A stretch of 64,000 bases of DNA from a virus, in IMG/VR virus record IMGVR_UViG_3300038412_000061, positions 31,950-95,949 of that record; one strand, given 5' to 3'. Both the position numbers and the translations under genes were made by a program. Of the stretch, positions 8,910-18,599 are shown in pieces. The notes below the pieces were generated by a model. The model had not been told where the DNA came from and ran no database searches. It saw only the letters and a program-made list of their open reading frames with translations. Within the stretch, counting starts at the first letter, position 1. Each line of letters opens with the position of its first letter.

Positions 8910-11609
8910 ATGCCAACAAATTACATATCGTTGCCCGTAGTCACAGACAGCGATGTCATTGTCCAGCAGGCTCTTGCAAACATTTCAAAATCTCTGCCGG
9001 GATGGGTCGCGCGCGAAGGCAACCTAGAGGTGCTTATTCTTGAGCAGATGGCTGTCGCTGCCGCCGAGGCAGCTACCGTCGCTTCTGACGTTCCGGCGAA
9101 CATCTTCACTTCATTCGGCGCCATGGTTGGTATCACGCCAATGCCAGGAACTTATGAGACGATTCAGGTGACTCTGAACCTTGCCAACCCAGCGTCTGGG
9201 AGCCCAGGTTACCAGATTCCATCAGGGACTCAGATGGGTTTCTACTTCTCTGGGGCGTCCTACGTTTTCCAAACAACTGCAGATGCCCTTATCCCCACAG
9301 GGCAGTCAAGCATTTCTCTAACGGTTCAGGCAGTGGCCACAGGTTCTATCTACGACCTTGATGCCCTAGCTTTGACGAGCGGTCTGAATCTGTCAAGTCA
9401 GTACCTGCAGTATGTCTCTTCAGACCCTTTGGTCTCAAACATCATCATCACTTCAACGCCGGGAACGAACTCCGCGCTGGTTTTGGGAACTGACCCAGAG
9501 ACTACCACATCATTCTTGAATCGCCTTTCTGCTGAATTGCAGCTTCTGGCTCCCCGTCCCATCACATCTTCGGACTATTCTCTGTTCTCACAGAACGTTG
9601 CCGGGATCTACCGCGCCTTGTCAATTGACGGCATCAATCCGTTCAGCAACTTGATGTCTGCGGCTAACGCCAACATGACCATAGCTCCAACTTCTTCCAG
9701 CGCACCAGCTGGATGGATCGGAGTAGGTGACGGCGGTACCAATGTAGCGGCAGTTACGACCCCTGGCACCGCACCGTCAAACTACGCTTTAGTAACCACA
9801 GCTGCATCTGCCCTCGTGTCTGGTGCGGCGCTTCAGGCGGCCAGCGTTGTTGGCGCAACATCCCTCACGGTAGTCGTGGGAACCGGCCCAACGTTCAGCA
9901 CCTCCACGAGCCCTAGCAACCCTTCGATCATCATCATCGATGACGCTACCAATGGAAACGAAGCCGCCGTCGTCATAGGAGCAGCTGCAGCCACCGGTAC
10001 CGGTGGAACAACGCAGCAAGTCATAACCCTTAGCTCTCCCCTGCACTACGCTCATGGTACATCAGCTACCGTTTCGGCAGGCCAGGGTGTTCAGCTTCCT
10101 CTTGTCGGAGGTGCACCAGGGAACGCAGGCGTCACTGCAGCCAACTCAAAGTACTATCAGGCGTCTGCTGTAGTGGAGTGCGGGTCGGATACAACGGCCA
10201 CGGCAAAGCCCGCCATAGTAGCAGTGGCTACATACCTCGATGGGTCTACATCGGTATTCTCTAACGAGCCACAGTACACGAGCCGACTGTTCGATTACAC
10301 TTCAGCGCCGAAGACGATTTACTGCAACATTCCCGTGACGAACTCTGGGACTACCAACAACATTGCTGGATCGGCCAACTCTCCCTACAACACACTGAAG
10401 CCTTCACTTGTTTCAGTCCAAACATACGTTGTGTGGACACTGGCTGGAGCATCAAAGACGCACTACATCTACTACGACAGCGTTTCGGCTTCGCCATACC
10501 GTTTTGACGGAGACGACAACCCAACGGTATCAACAAGTTACTGGAACTTCATTCCCGACTCCAACCTAGCGAGCTATTATTTTGCCAACTCTGCCGTGGG
10601 TTCGTGGACCATTCCAGCTGGCGTAACTGTTCTACCAGGATTTGGGATGCAGTGTCTCGGAACGGGGAGTGCTTTGGGAAGTGCCCTCACCGCAGTGTCT
10701 CAGATTTTCAACCTGTCGAACGTAGCCTCTGACATAGGACCGGGCACCACCTCAAGAACGTATACGGCATTTGCGACAATTGACTCATCTTACACGGGAT
10801 CTACTTATGGAGACATAGCCCTAGAGGTATGGGACATGTCAACCGGTACCGCGTTGGCGTCTGTTTCACCGGCCTCCGCGAGTTTGTCAACGGTGGTGCT
10901 GCCGTTCACAATCACTACAGCAAAAGATGTCGAAATCAGGATTGTGTTCGGTGCTGGTCTTGACGTACCGCTTAACTCAAGCGTGGTTGTTTCAGAGATC
11001 GGAGTGATGAGCGGAAGCCAGAACTCCAATTACTGCCTGACGCACAACGACGTTGGTTATTCATGGACTCCTGGAGGCCTGTACTCGACCCAGACCTTCA
11101 ACTACCCACGAATGGTATCGATCTGTCCACTTGATGTTGATGGGCTTGGGGCCATCGACGGCACAAATGACAACTTGATTCAGTACTTGTCTTCGCGCCG
11201 TGAGGTAAACTTCGTCACCAACGTCTTGCAACCTAGCTACTTTCCAATCGATGTTCAATGGACTGCATTCATAGATCCGGGTTACGACGCGTCAACAATA
11301 CAGGCAAACGTCAATGCCGCCATCCGAGCTTTCCTCAACCCAGCCACATGGGCGAACGGCAACAACAACCCACCATTGTGGGACGGCTCTCAAACTACTA
11401 TTCGCATCTTCGACATCGCCTCAGCAATGAGCGCGGTGCAGGGGCTGGGAAGTATCACCTCTGTTACAACCAGAGTGTCATACCCAATCTCTGGATCGTA
11501 CGGAACGTCTGACATCACTATGGTTGGCATTGCTGGCTTGCCGATTGCCAATAACATAATCGGTTCAGTCATCGACCCACGAAATGTCGCATACAGCGGT
11601 CTGACCTAG
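8910..11609 (+). CDS. baseplate J-like protein with large internal insertion
   Basis: GTDPETTTSFLNRL...PITSSDY; C-terminal IRAFLNP...AVQGLGSI; 899 aa. Confidence 0.82.
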   Translation: MPTNYISLPVVTDSDVIVQQALANISKSLPGWVAREGNLEVLILEQMAVAAAEAATVASDVPANIFTSFGAMVGITPMPGTYETIQVTLNLANPASGSPGYQIPSGTQMGFYFSGASYVFQTTADALIPTGQSSISLTVQAVATGSIYDLDALALTSGLNLSSQYLQYVSSDPLVSNIIITSTPGTNSALVLGTDPETTTSFLNRLSAELQLLAPRPITSSDYSLFSQNVAGIYRALSIDGINPFSNLMSAANANMTIAPTSSSAPAGWIGVGDGGTNVAAVTTPGTAPSNYALVTTAASALVSGAALQAASVVGATSLTVVVGTGPTFSTSTSPSNPSIIIIDDATNGNEAAVVIGAAAATGTGGTTQQVITLSSPLHYAHGTSATVSAGQGVQLPLVGGAPGNAGVTAANSKYYQASAVVECGSDTTATAKPAIVAVATYLDGSTSVFSNEPQYTSRLFDYTSAPKTIYCNIPVTNSGTTNNIAGSANSPYNTLKPSLVSVQTYVVWTLAGASKTHYIYYDSVSASPYRFDGDDNPTVSTSYWNFIPDSNLASYYFANSAVGSWTIPAGVTVLPGFGMQCLGTGSALGSALTAVSQIFNLSNVASDIGPGTTSRTYTAFATIDSSYTGSTYGDIALEVWDMSTGTALASVSPASASLSTVVLPFTITTAKDVEIRIVFGAGLDVPLNSSVVVSEIGVMSGSQNSNYCLTHNDVGYSWTPGGLYSTQTFNYPRMVSICPLDVDGLGAIDGTNDNLIQYLSSRREVNFVTNVLQPSYFPIDVQWTAFIDPGYDASTIQANVNAAIRAFLNPATWANGNNNPPLWDGSQTTIRIFDIASAMSAVQGLGSITSVTTRVSYPISGSYGTSDITMVGIAGLPIANNIIGSVIDPRNVAYSGLT

Positions 11610-11610
11610 C

Positions 11611-12885
11611 ATGACTACCACTCTGCCAAACTCTTACACAACGAACCAGATCTATCAGGCCTTCCCCCAGTTCGTGCAAGATCAAGACGCCCAGAACAAT
11701 TACGCATTGTGGTGGTGGGTCTATGGAGTGTGCCAGAACTTGGACACCATAGACACGCTAATGTTCGACAATGTCGGGGCCGGTGTCACCGTCACACCAA
11801 CACAGGTCGGCGCAACACCGATCACTCAAGCAAAGTTGTCCGCTTCGATTGGTCCATCAGACACTTCGATAACAGTGTTTAACACAGACTCTACATGGAA
11901 CCAGGTAAACACGTCGGCCAGTTTCACCGCCATGATAGAAGACGAGGAAGTGCTGATCCCGTCAGGCACTTACAACTGGCTCCTTCCGTCTTTGACTATT
12001 AGTGGGCTTACGCGAGGTTACAACGGAACTACCGCAGCGTCACACAGCGCCAGCGCTGGTGCTGACGGCACCATTGACCTAGACAGATACGCCAGTGCCC
12101 CTGGTTGGTCTCAAATTGTGGACATAGATCGATGCCCGGAATACGCACTTCCATGGTTGGCACAATTCGTCGGGGCAGCTATACCACAGAATAACACTCT
12201 CACCTACGAGCAGACCATTCAAAAGATTAAGTCGCGTTCAGGGTTTCAGCGTTCTACTCCTGCCTCGATTCAAGCAGAGATGGCTGCGGCCATCAACTCT
12301 GGTAACGTTTCTAGCCCCATACTTCCGTCTCAGGTAATCTTGTTGGAGAACACCGCTCTTCTCGCCCCGCGAGGAGCAAATCTTAATGCTGCTCTCAGCA
12401 ACTCCGCAACATCCCTGACACTGCTCAACACTGATTCTTCATGGGGAAGCCTTGGATCGAACAGCAATTTCGTTCTAGAGATCGACACCGAAAAGATCCT
12501 GGTACCCCAAGGATCATACGCCTGGAGCTCATCCCCAGTAACCCTAACGGGAGTAACGCGCGGGTATGACAGCACTTCTGCAGCAGCGCACCTCGATGGA
12601 GCGAACGTCTCGTTGGCTGGCGGAAATAACATTTACGGCTACGACGAATATGCGATGACGGTCTTGATCCCCGCTATCTACTACGGCCTCTACACCTATT
12701 CAAGCCTTGTAACGGCGGCTGGTGGCGCAGGAACGTACGCAGCTGTCAATAGTTTCATCGGTACCCTGGGCGGCCTATATGGGGACCTTTCCGCGTCGCC
12801 ATTTCCAATTTCTGATTCACAATTTACGAGCTTCATTTACCGCTACCGACCAGCGGGAATACAAGTCTTCGTTGGAGGATACTAG
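11611..12885 (+). CDS. baseplate wedge gpI-like protein with two inserted repeat domains
   Basis: LPWLAQFVG and C-terminal RPAG motifs; duplicated ...TRGY..T.AA.H domain. Confidence 0.7.
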   Translation: MTTTLPNSYTTNQIYQAFPQFVQDQDAQNNYALWWWVYGVCQNLDTIDTLMFDNVGAGVTVTPTQVGATPITQAKLSASIGPSDTSITVFNTDSTWNQVNTSASFTAMIEDEEVLIPSGTYNWLLPSLTISGLTRGYNGTTAASHSASAGADGTIDLDRYASAPGWSQIVDIDRCPEYALPWLAQFVGAAIPQNNTLTYEQTIQKIKSRSGFQRSTPASIQAEMAAAINSGNVSSPILPSQVILLENTALLAPRGANLNAALSNSATSLTLLNTDSSWGSLGSNSNFVLEIDTEKILVPQGSYAWSSSPVTLTGVTRGYDSTSAAAHLDGANVSLAGGNNIYGYDEYAMTVLIPAIYYGLYTYSSLVTAAGGAGTYAAVNSFIGTLGGLYGDLSASPFPISDSQFTSFIYRYRPAGIQVFVGGY

Positions 12886-12887
12886 AC

Positions 12888-13607
12888 ATGTCAACAGGAC
12901 TGACCTCTAGACTGGGGTTTCCGTACCCAGTCAACACAGACACAGCTGCCATAGCCAGCGACATGCAGGGGATGGCTGACTTCTGCGACACTTACTTCAT
13001 ACCCTACAGCCAGTCTGCGTCGGCTACACCGCCAACGACAACAATCTCTGGGTCTTTCTGGTGGTGCACTAATTCCGGTTCAACGTATTATGGTTTGAAC
13101 TACTATGACGGAAGCTCCTGGCACCTCGTCTCCTCCGGCCAGACCGCGTTCTCAGGAATCGCTTCTGCGCGTTCGACCGTCATCCCTTCACCTGTAATAG
13201 GGAACTTCTACTGGGCGACCGACACGTCGGTGCTTACCTTCTACACTGGAAGTGCATGGATCACTGTAGGAAGCAACGTAGTAAACGGGCAAGACATCGC
13301 TATCGCCACCATCAACACATGGCAGTCGGTGGCCACCCTAACGCCGCCCGTTAACGGACTCTACCAGGTCGTAGTATGTTTCGACGTTGCCTCTGGAACT
13401 CCTACAGTTGGTGCACAGGCTCTGTTTGCGGACGCCAACGGCGCCCAGACAATAACTCTAACACCGACCGGGTCTAGCCTGTCCGTTGGCCCGTGGTCTT
13501 CTCTCTCAGCGCTTATTTCGGCGCACACAGGAACGGCAATCAGCCTTCAGGTGCAGGCGTCAACCACGACTGGCATAACAGCTAGCGGATTCATAGAGGC
13601 GGTCTAA
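12888..13607 (+). CDS. tail fibre protein
   Basis: N-terminal TSRLGFPYP motif; repeated YYDGSSW/FYTGSAW; synteny. Confidence 0.6.
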   Translation: MSTGLTSRLGFPYPVNTDTAAIASDMQGMADFCDTYFIPYSQSASATPPTTTISGSFWWCTNSGSTYYGLNYYDGSSWHLVSSGQTAFSGIASARSTVIPSPVIGNFYWATDTSVLTFYTGSAWITVGSNVVNGQDIAIATINTWQSVATLTPPVNGLYQVVVCFDVASGTPTVGAQALFADANGAQTITLTPTGSSLSVGPWSSLSALISAHTGTAISLQVQASTTTGITASGFIEAV

Positions 13608-14665
13608 TGAGTGGCGGAATCATTCTTCCAGGTACGGCTACTGCGTCTGACGTAAGAAGTGGAAAGACGTTCTCAAGTTCTAGCGGGTTCAACATCACAG
13701 GCACTAAGGGTTTGATGCTTCCATCTGGGGTGTTTGGAATTTTTCCGTCCAGCGGGGGCACGGCGAACCCCATGCAAAATATGGTTTCACTCGGTAACGA
13801 CCTTTACTACACCGTAAGCAACCTAGCGACGATCTACAAGGTTGACATAACGACATTGTCGGTCAGCACGTTTACGAACCCCCATGGATTGATGCTTGGT
13901 TCCTGCGTGGGTCCAGACGGAAACATTTGGTTTACTTCTCCCGGCACCACCGCAGGGAATGGTTACATTGTAAAAATGACACCTGCGGGCGTATTCACCT
14001 CATACCAGATCCCAACGGTTTCATACCCGTATGCGACTAGGATTGTCGCGGGGCCAGACGGAAGGCTGTGGTTTTCCCTTTCATTCTTCGGTACTTACTA
14101 TGGTGCAGTAACAACGTCAGGCGTCTTTAGTATGTACACCAGTTCCTCGAACTCGTTTTCCCAAAATGGAAATCTAGCGGTTGATGGCACATATATCTAT
14201 TTTACGGGTGGAACGTTAGCTAGTGTTTATGCAATAGACATGTCAGGAAGCATTGCTTACACATATCCCGTAAGCTCTTCATTCTCTTCCCAGGGTGGCA
14301 TGGTGTATGACAACGCTGGATACGTGTGGGGGCGCGGGAGCTCGTATCTGCATAAGTTCACCCCAGGGAGCAGCACTGTTACGACTGTGTCCTCGTCACT
14401 AACGACCGCATACCAGCAGACATCCGGCGTTCTAGCCAACGATGGAAACATCTACTTTTCGTACATGTCAAACACAACACCATATCCGACGAATGTTGAA
14501 AAACTCGTCCCCTCAACGTCCACGATCACCTTGGAAGGCATGACCGGTGCAACCAACAATTCAGTTGGTTACAGTTCATACAATTTGACCTGTCTTGGAA
14601 GTGATGGAAACATATACTTTGGATTGCCAATATTGTCCTCCATCGGTGTTCTCGCCCTAAGTTAA
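13607..14665 (+). CDS. Vgb-like beta-propeller tail-associated protein
   Basis: GPDGNIWFT, GPDGRLWFS, NDGNIYFS, SDGNIYFG blades; N-terminal ATASDVRSGKTF fibre motif. Confidence 0.65.
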   Translation: MSGGIILPGTATASDVRSGKTFSSSSGFNITGTKGLMLPSGVFGIFPSSGGTANPMQNMVSLGNDLYYTVSNLATIYKVDITTLSVSTFTNPHGLMLGSCVGPDGNIWFTSPGTTAGNGYIVKMTPAGVFTSYQIPTVSYPYATRIVAGPDGRLWFSLSFFGTYYGAVTTSGVFSMYTSSSNSFSQNGNLAVDGTYIYFTGGTLASVYAIDMSGSIAYTYPVSSSFSSQGGMVYDNAGYVWGRGSSYLHKFTPGSSTVTTVSSSLTTAYQQTSGVLANDGNIYFSYMSNTTPYPTNVEKLVPSTSTITLEGMTGATNNSVGYSSYNLTCLGSDGNIYFGLPILSSIGVLALS

Positions 14666-14723
14666 CAGAAAAGTCAAGTACGTCAGTGTCACGACTAGCG
14701 ACCTACATTTCATTGGAGACAAG

Positions 14724-15431
14724 ATGACAATAGAAATGCTCGATTCAATCGACATCGCCAACATACCCAAGACAGCCACGATGGTGGCTGGGTACGTCAA
14801 CGGAAACTGGCCAACGTATGACGCGCTTGTGAAGGCGTTCCCACATGCACACCACGTTTCGATTGACGTGAACGGTAGCGGAGTTGCCGACGTTTTGGAT
14901 GTGGAGCGCGGAGATGCAACTCCCGCACAGGCACCGGCATGGGCCAAGAGGATGCGTGCACTCAAGCGCACTGCAATCATCTACTGTTCAGCTGGCATAA
15001 TCCCCACTGTGAAGGCTGCCTTCGCCGCTGCTAAGGAACCTGAGCCGTTGTTCTGGGCAGCCGACTGGACGAACAAGCCGCACTTGTATCCAGGATCTAT
15101 AGCCACCCAGTGGGCTGACGGAACTCCTACCTACCCTGGTATCGCTCTGCACTGCGACTCCTCGCTCGTGTCGCCGTCGTGGCCAGGTCTTCAGCCCCCC
15201 GCCCCAAAGAAGACCGCAAACCCAACTGCTGCGCAACTTGCAGCACATGGGTACGTATTGATGGCCAACCCTTCAGAGGCTTTGATCGCCTGCAAGAATG
15301 GATGGCAGTTGTTTGTATGGAATGGAATCGGATTTAGCAATGCTGCAGTCAATCTTCCCGCTGGTACTCACGAGTACGCCTCTAAGAACTACAAGACTCA
15401 CAATCCAGCAGTGAAGGTTGGAGAAGAGTAA
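14724..15431 (+). CDS. endolysin, GH25-like muramidase
   Basis: LDVERGD, IIYCS, WAADW, ATQWA, DSS motifs; precedes membrane proteins. Confidence 0.75.
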   Translation: MTIEMLDSIDIANIPKTATMVAGYVNGNWPTYDALVKAFPHAHHVSIDVNGSGVADVLDVERGDATPAQAPAWAKRMRALKRTAIIYCSAGIIPTVKAAFAAAKEPEPLFWAADWTNKPHLYPGSIATQWADGTPTYPGIALHCDSSLVSPSWPGLQPPAPKKTANPTAAQLAAHGYVLMANPSEALIACKNGWQLFVWNGIGFSNAAVNLPAGTHEYASKNYKTHNPAVKVGEE

Positions 15432-15983
15432 ATGTTCATGGTAATCCATTTCTTCTCCGGCTCATTCGCAGTTCTAAACTACATAACAGATCTGGTGATT
15501 GTAGCTGGCGCGTTCTTTTCCGGCTACCGGTGGTATGACAGGCGTCAGAAAAACAGACAAGCAAAAGAGGACGCTGCAGAGCAGACACGCATCGACACAA
15601 TAGTTAAGGCTTCTGTCGATGCAAGCATACTGAGGGTTATGACTAACGTTGACACGTTGGTGGAGAAGAGCGTTAAAGACGAATTGTCAAACGTCAATGA
15701 CAGAATGAACAAGCAAGATGCTGTTCTCGCCGTCCTTGAACACGAAGTGACATTTAACGATGGGTCTTCAATGAAGGACTCGCAAAAGAGAACTGAGAAC
15801 GCAATCAACCTTGCGGCGACTGCACTTGAGGGATTGCGCGAAAGCATGATCTCGCAGAAGGAGATTATGCACGGGCAGTCGGTGATCATTGAAAAGATAG
15901 AGATGCGCCAGAACGATTTGGCAAACACCATGGCGTCGCACATAGGTGCCCACAGCGGGCTGCCAGATTCGGGGAAGAATTAG
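15432..15983 (+). CDS. membrane-anchored coiled-coil lysis protein (holin-associated)
   Basis: Single N-terminal TM then coiled coil; after endolysin. Confidence 0.5.
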   Translation: MFMVIHFFSGSFAVLNYITDLVIVAGAFFSGYRWYDRRQKNRQAKEDAAEQTRIDTIVKASVDASILRVMTNVDTLVEKSVKDELSNVNDRMNKQDAVLAVLEHEVTFNDGSSMKDSQKRTENAINLAATALEGLRESMISQKEIMHGQSVIIEKIEMRQNDLANTMASHIGAHSGLPDSGKN

Positions 15984-16330
15984 TGCTTTACCTAGTAGCC
16001 CTGATTGCGGCAATCGCAATGGCCGTCCAGGACATCCTGGGCATTATCCTTTTGATGGCAGCGACAAGAAACCGTGGCTCACTGGCTGGCATCATGGACA
16101 GCCTCCAGTGGTTGGTCGGGATGACCACAACCACCATCTCGGTGAGCATCTTCCAGGGTCACTCCCTGTATTCGAAGGTTATCGTGGTCGCATTTGTCAG
16201 CCTAGCAAACTACTTCGGTACCCTTTGGGGGGAGAAGCTTGGTAGCAGGTTCGTCAAAGACCGCGCAGTGACAAACGAACAAAGAATTACAGCATTAGAG
16301 CAGTACATAGCCAATGATAACCATAGTTAA
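15983..16330 (+). CDS. holin-like membrane protein
   Basis: ~3 hydrophobic segments, charged C-terminus. Confidence 0.5.
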   Translation: MLYLVALIAAIAMAVQDILGIILLMAATRNRGSLAGIMDSLQWLVGMTTTTISVSIFQGHSLYSKVIVVAFVSLANYFGTLWGEKLGSRFVKDRAVTNEQRITALEQYIANDNHS

Positions 16331-16340
16331 GGGGAATTAG

Positions 16341-17081
16341 ATGAGTGAGAACACAGACGTGCGCAAGGCCGGTAAGAGGGGCAAGCTTCCTGCCAAGCCA
16401 TTGCTCACTACCACGCTCCGTGACTACATGAAGGGTGGCCTTCCTAGCGCCCCAACAACGGTTGACTACGCGCCACGAGTGTCGAACTTCCCAATGGCGC
16501 TGAACGACAAGGAGGGTGACTGCACAATCGCTGGCATCATCCACCTTCTCCAGCTCCAGTACGCCGAGATTGGTGAGACCTTCACATACCCCGGAGACGC
16601 CGAGACACAGTCCACATACTACAGCTTCACTGGCGGACAGGACACCGGCTGTGTAGAGACCGACGTGTTGTCTAAGTGGGCTGGAGACGGTCTATTCGGC
16701 ACAAAGGCCGCTGCCTGGGTCCCTGTTAACCCGCGCGACGAAGCCGAGATGAAAGCCGCTATCTACCTCTTTGGCGGCCTGTACCTGGGTGTAGAACTTC
16801 CAGGGAACGCTGAGCAGCAGTTCGAGAACCACGAGCCATGGCACCTAACGATTCCTAAGGCATCTCCGGTTGGCGGTCACTGCATCGTTGCATCTGGCTA
16901 CAATCGCCAGGGAATGGACATCATTACTTGGGGTCAAGAGACATCGGCTACATGGGACTGGAGCGACTACTACTGCTCTGAGGCTTACGCAGTCATTCCC
17001 CAGGCGTTTGTCGAAGCTGACCATGGCCCTGTCTACAAGATCGACATTCTTCAACTTCAGGCAGACCTTAAGTTGGTCTAG
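16341..17081 (+). CDS. papain-like (C1-type) cysteine peptidase
   Basis: GDCTIAG (Cys), GGHCIV (His), ITWG. Confidence 0.7.
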   Translation: MSENTDVRKAGKRGKLPAKPLLTTTLRDYMKGGLPSAPTTVDYAPRVSNFPMALNDKEGDCTIAGIIHLLQLQYAEIGETFTYPGDAETQSTYYSFTGGQDTGCVETDVLSKWAGDGLFGTKAAAWVPVNPRDEAEMKAAIYLFGGLYLGVELPGNAEQQFENHEPWHLTIPKASPVGGHCIVASGYNRQGMDIITWGQETSATWDWSDYYCSEAYAVIPQAFVEADHGPVYKIDILQLQADLKLV

Positions 17082-17629
17082 TGACATCACTTTACCAGCC
17101 AAAACCTGGAGATGCCGTATTCGCGCGCACTACCACTAATTATGGAAGACTGATCCGTTTCGGCCAAGCACTCCGTTGGTGGAAGGGGCGTGACTGGAAC
17201 CACATGGCTATTGTTGTGAAGATCGACCCTGACGGCACAGTGTGGTGCCTGCAGATGGTCAAACACTGCAGCCTCGTGCGACTACAGGACATCACCCCCC
17301 TTGGCGAAATAGTTGTCGTGCCTTGCCCAGATGGGGTTGACCGCGACAAATCCGTGATGTTTGCCAACCTACAACTTGGCGTTGATTACGGGGACCTAGA
17401 TATTGTAAGCATCGCAATCAACATCTGCTTGCCATCTGTGCTTGGGTTTGACGTGCACAAGAACGACACCCTCATCTGCTCTGCTCTAGTAGCACGAAGC
17501 TGGGAGCACGGTGGCTACACGCTCCCAAGAGGAATAGACCCATTCACCATAACACCAGGACAGTTCTACCTCGTATTGGGGGTGGCTGGCTACAGCCTCA
17601 AAGAAACCATCTTACACAAAGGATCTTAA
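17081..17629 (+). CDS. permuted NlpC/P60 (YiiX/C92-like) peptidase/amidase
   Basis: PGDAVF, WNHMAIV (His), YG, LICSALVARSW (Cys). Confidence 0.72.
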   Translation: MTSLYQPKPGDAVFARTTTNYGRLIRFGQALRWWKGRDWNHMAIVVKIDPDGTVWCLQMVKHCSLVRLQDITPLGEIVVVPCPDGVDRDKSVMFANLQLGVDYGDLDIVSIAINICLPSVLGFDVHKNDTLICSALVARSWEHGGYTLPRGIDPFTITPGQFYLVLGVAGYSLKETILHKGS

Positions 17630-18114
17630 TGACCAATTCAGCACCAGACGTAGCGGCACATGCTCAGAGCAGAGACCTCAAGGAAACGATTTTCTACCCA
17701 GATCATGTAAAGCGCGGTGCAGAGAGCCACGAGTTTGAAGAGGACAAGAAGGAACTAGAGGCTAGCGGTGGCGGGTGCTTCATTTGTGGCAAGACGCAAG
17801 CAGACCTTGGACCCAGCGTGCGCATGGAGGGACACCACTACAACGTTGAGTGGTCCCTAATCAACTCGTTGGATCTGGCAAAAGTCCAGAGGTATTTCCC
17901 CGACGTGACGAGCCTAGAAGAGTTCCTGGACTCTAAAGAGAATCTGATTCTTCTTTGCCCCAAGCACCACCGTTCCCCCCTCTACGGAGTCCACATGGTG
18001 TCAATGCCAGCGTGGGTCGCACAGAGGTTACAGAAGGATGGCTGGGACCTTGCCAAGGGCGAAAACGCAGCGGCAGAGATAGAGGACCTGTCAACGTATT
18101 ACCCGGAGCACTAA
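17629..18114 (+). CDS. HNH-like zinc-binding protein
   Basis: CFICG...EGHH...NLILLCPKHH...GVH. Confidence 0.55.
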   Translation: MTNSAPDVAAHAQSRDLKETIFYPDHVKRGAESHEFEEDKKELEASGGGCFICGKTQADLGPSVRMEGHHYNVEWSLINSLDLAKVQRYFPDVTSLEEFLDSKENLILLCPKHHRSPLYGVHMVSMPAWVAQRLQKDGWDLAKGENAAAEIEDLSTYYPEH

Positions 18115-18172
18115 GTATTAACGACAAGATACCTGGCGTCGTGATGATGCCAACAATCACAAGGAGCATCTC

Positions 18173-18562
18173 ATGGCAGATGGAGCAGCAGTAGGAATAG
18201 TCAACGCATGGTTGGCGTCAGTACTCAACGGAACAGCGCCGACCACATTCTCAGCACCCTATGTTCAGTTGCACGTCGGTCTCCCCGGCGCGGCAGGAAC
18301 GGCAAACATAGCTGGTGAGTCAACACGCCAGCAGGCGACTGGCACATTCGTCATCTCTGGCGGATCAACGACAAACCCAACGGCAATTAACTGGACTTCA
18401 GTGACGACCGCAGAGACATACACGAACATAACCCTATGGTCTGCAGCAACCGGTGGGACATTCATCGCATCAGGAACTATAACGGCCAATGCCGTCTCAG
18501 TGGGTGACAACTTCTCAATTCCCGTGGGGTCCGCTACAATCTCAATGCCTGTAGCGAGCTAG
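18173..18562 (+). CDS. minor virion/tail structural protein
   Basis: YVQLHVGLPG...RQ...LWSAATGGTF pattern of phage minor tail proteins. Confidence 0.6.
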   Translation: MADGAAVGIVNAWLASVLNGTAPTTFSAPYVQLHVGLPGAAGTANIAGESTRQQATGTFVISGGSTTNPTAINWTSVTTAETYTNITLWSAATGGTFIASGTITANAVSVGDNFSIPVGSATISMPVAS

Positions 18563-18599
18563 CACACAGCCGTATGGCTGTCCGTTCGGGGATTGACCC

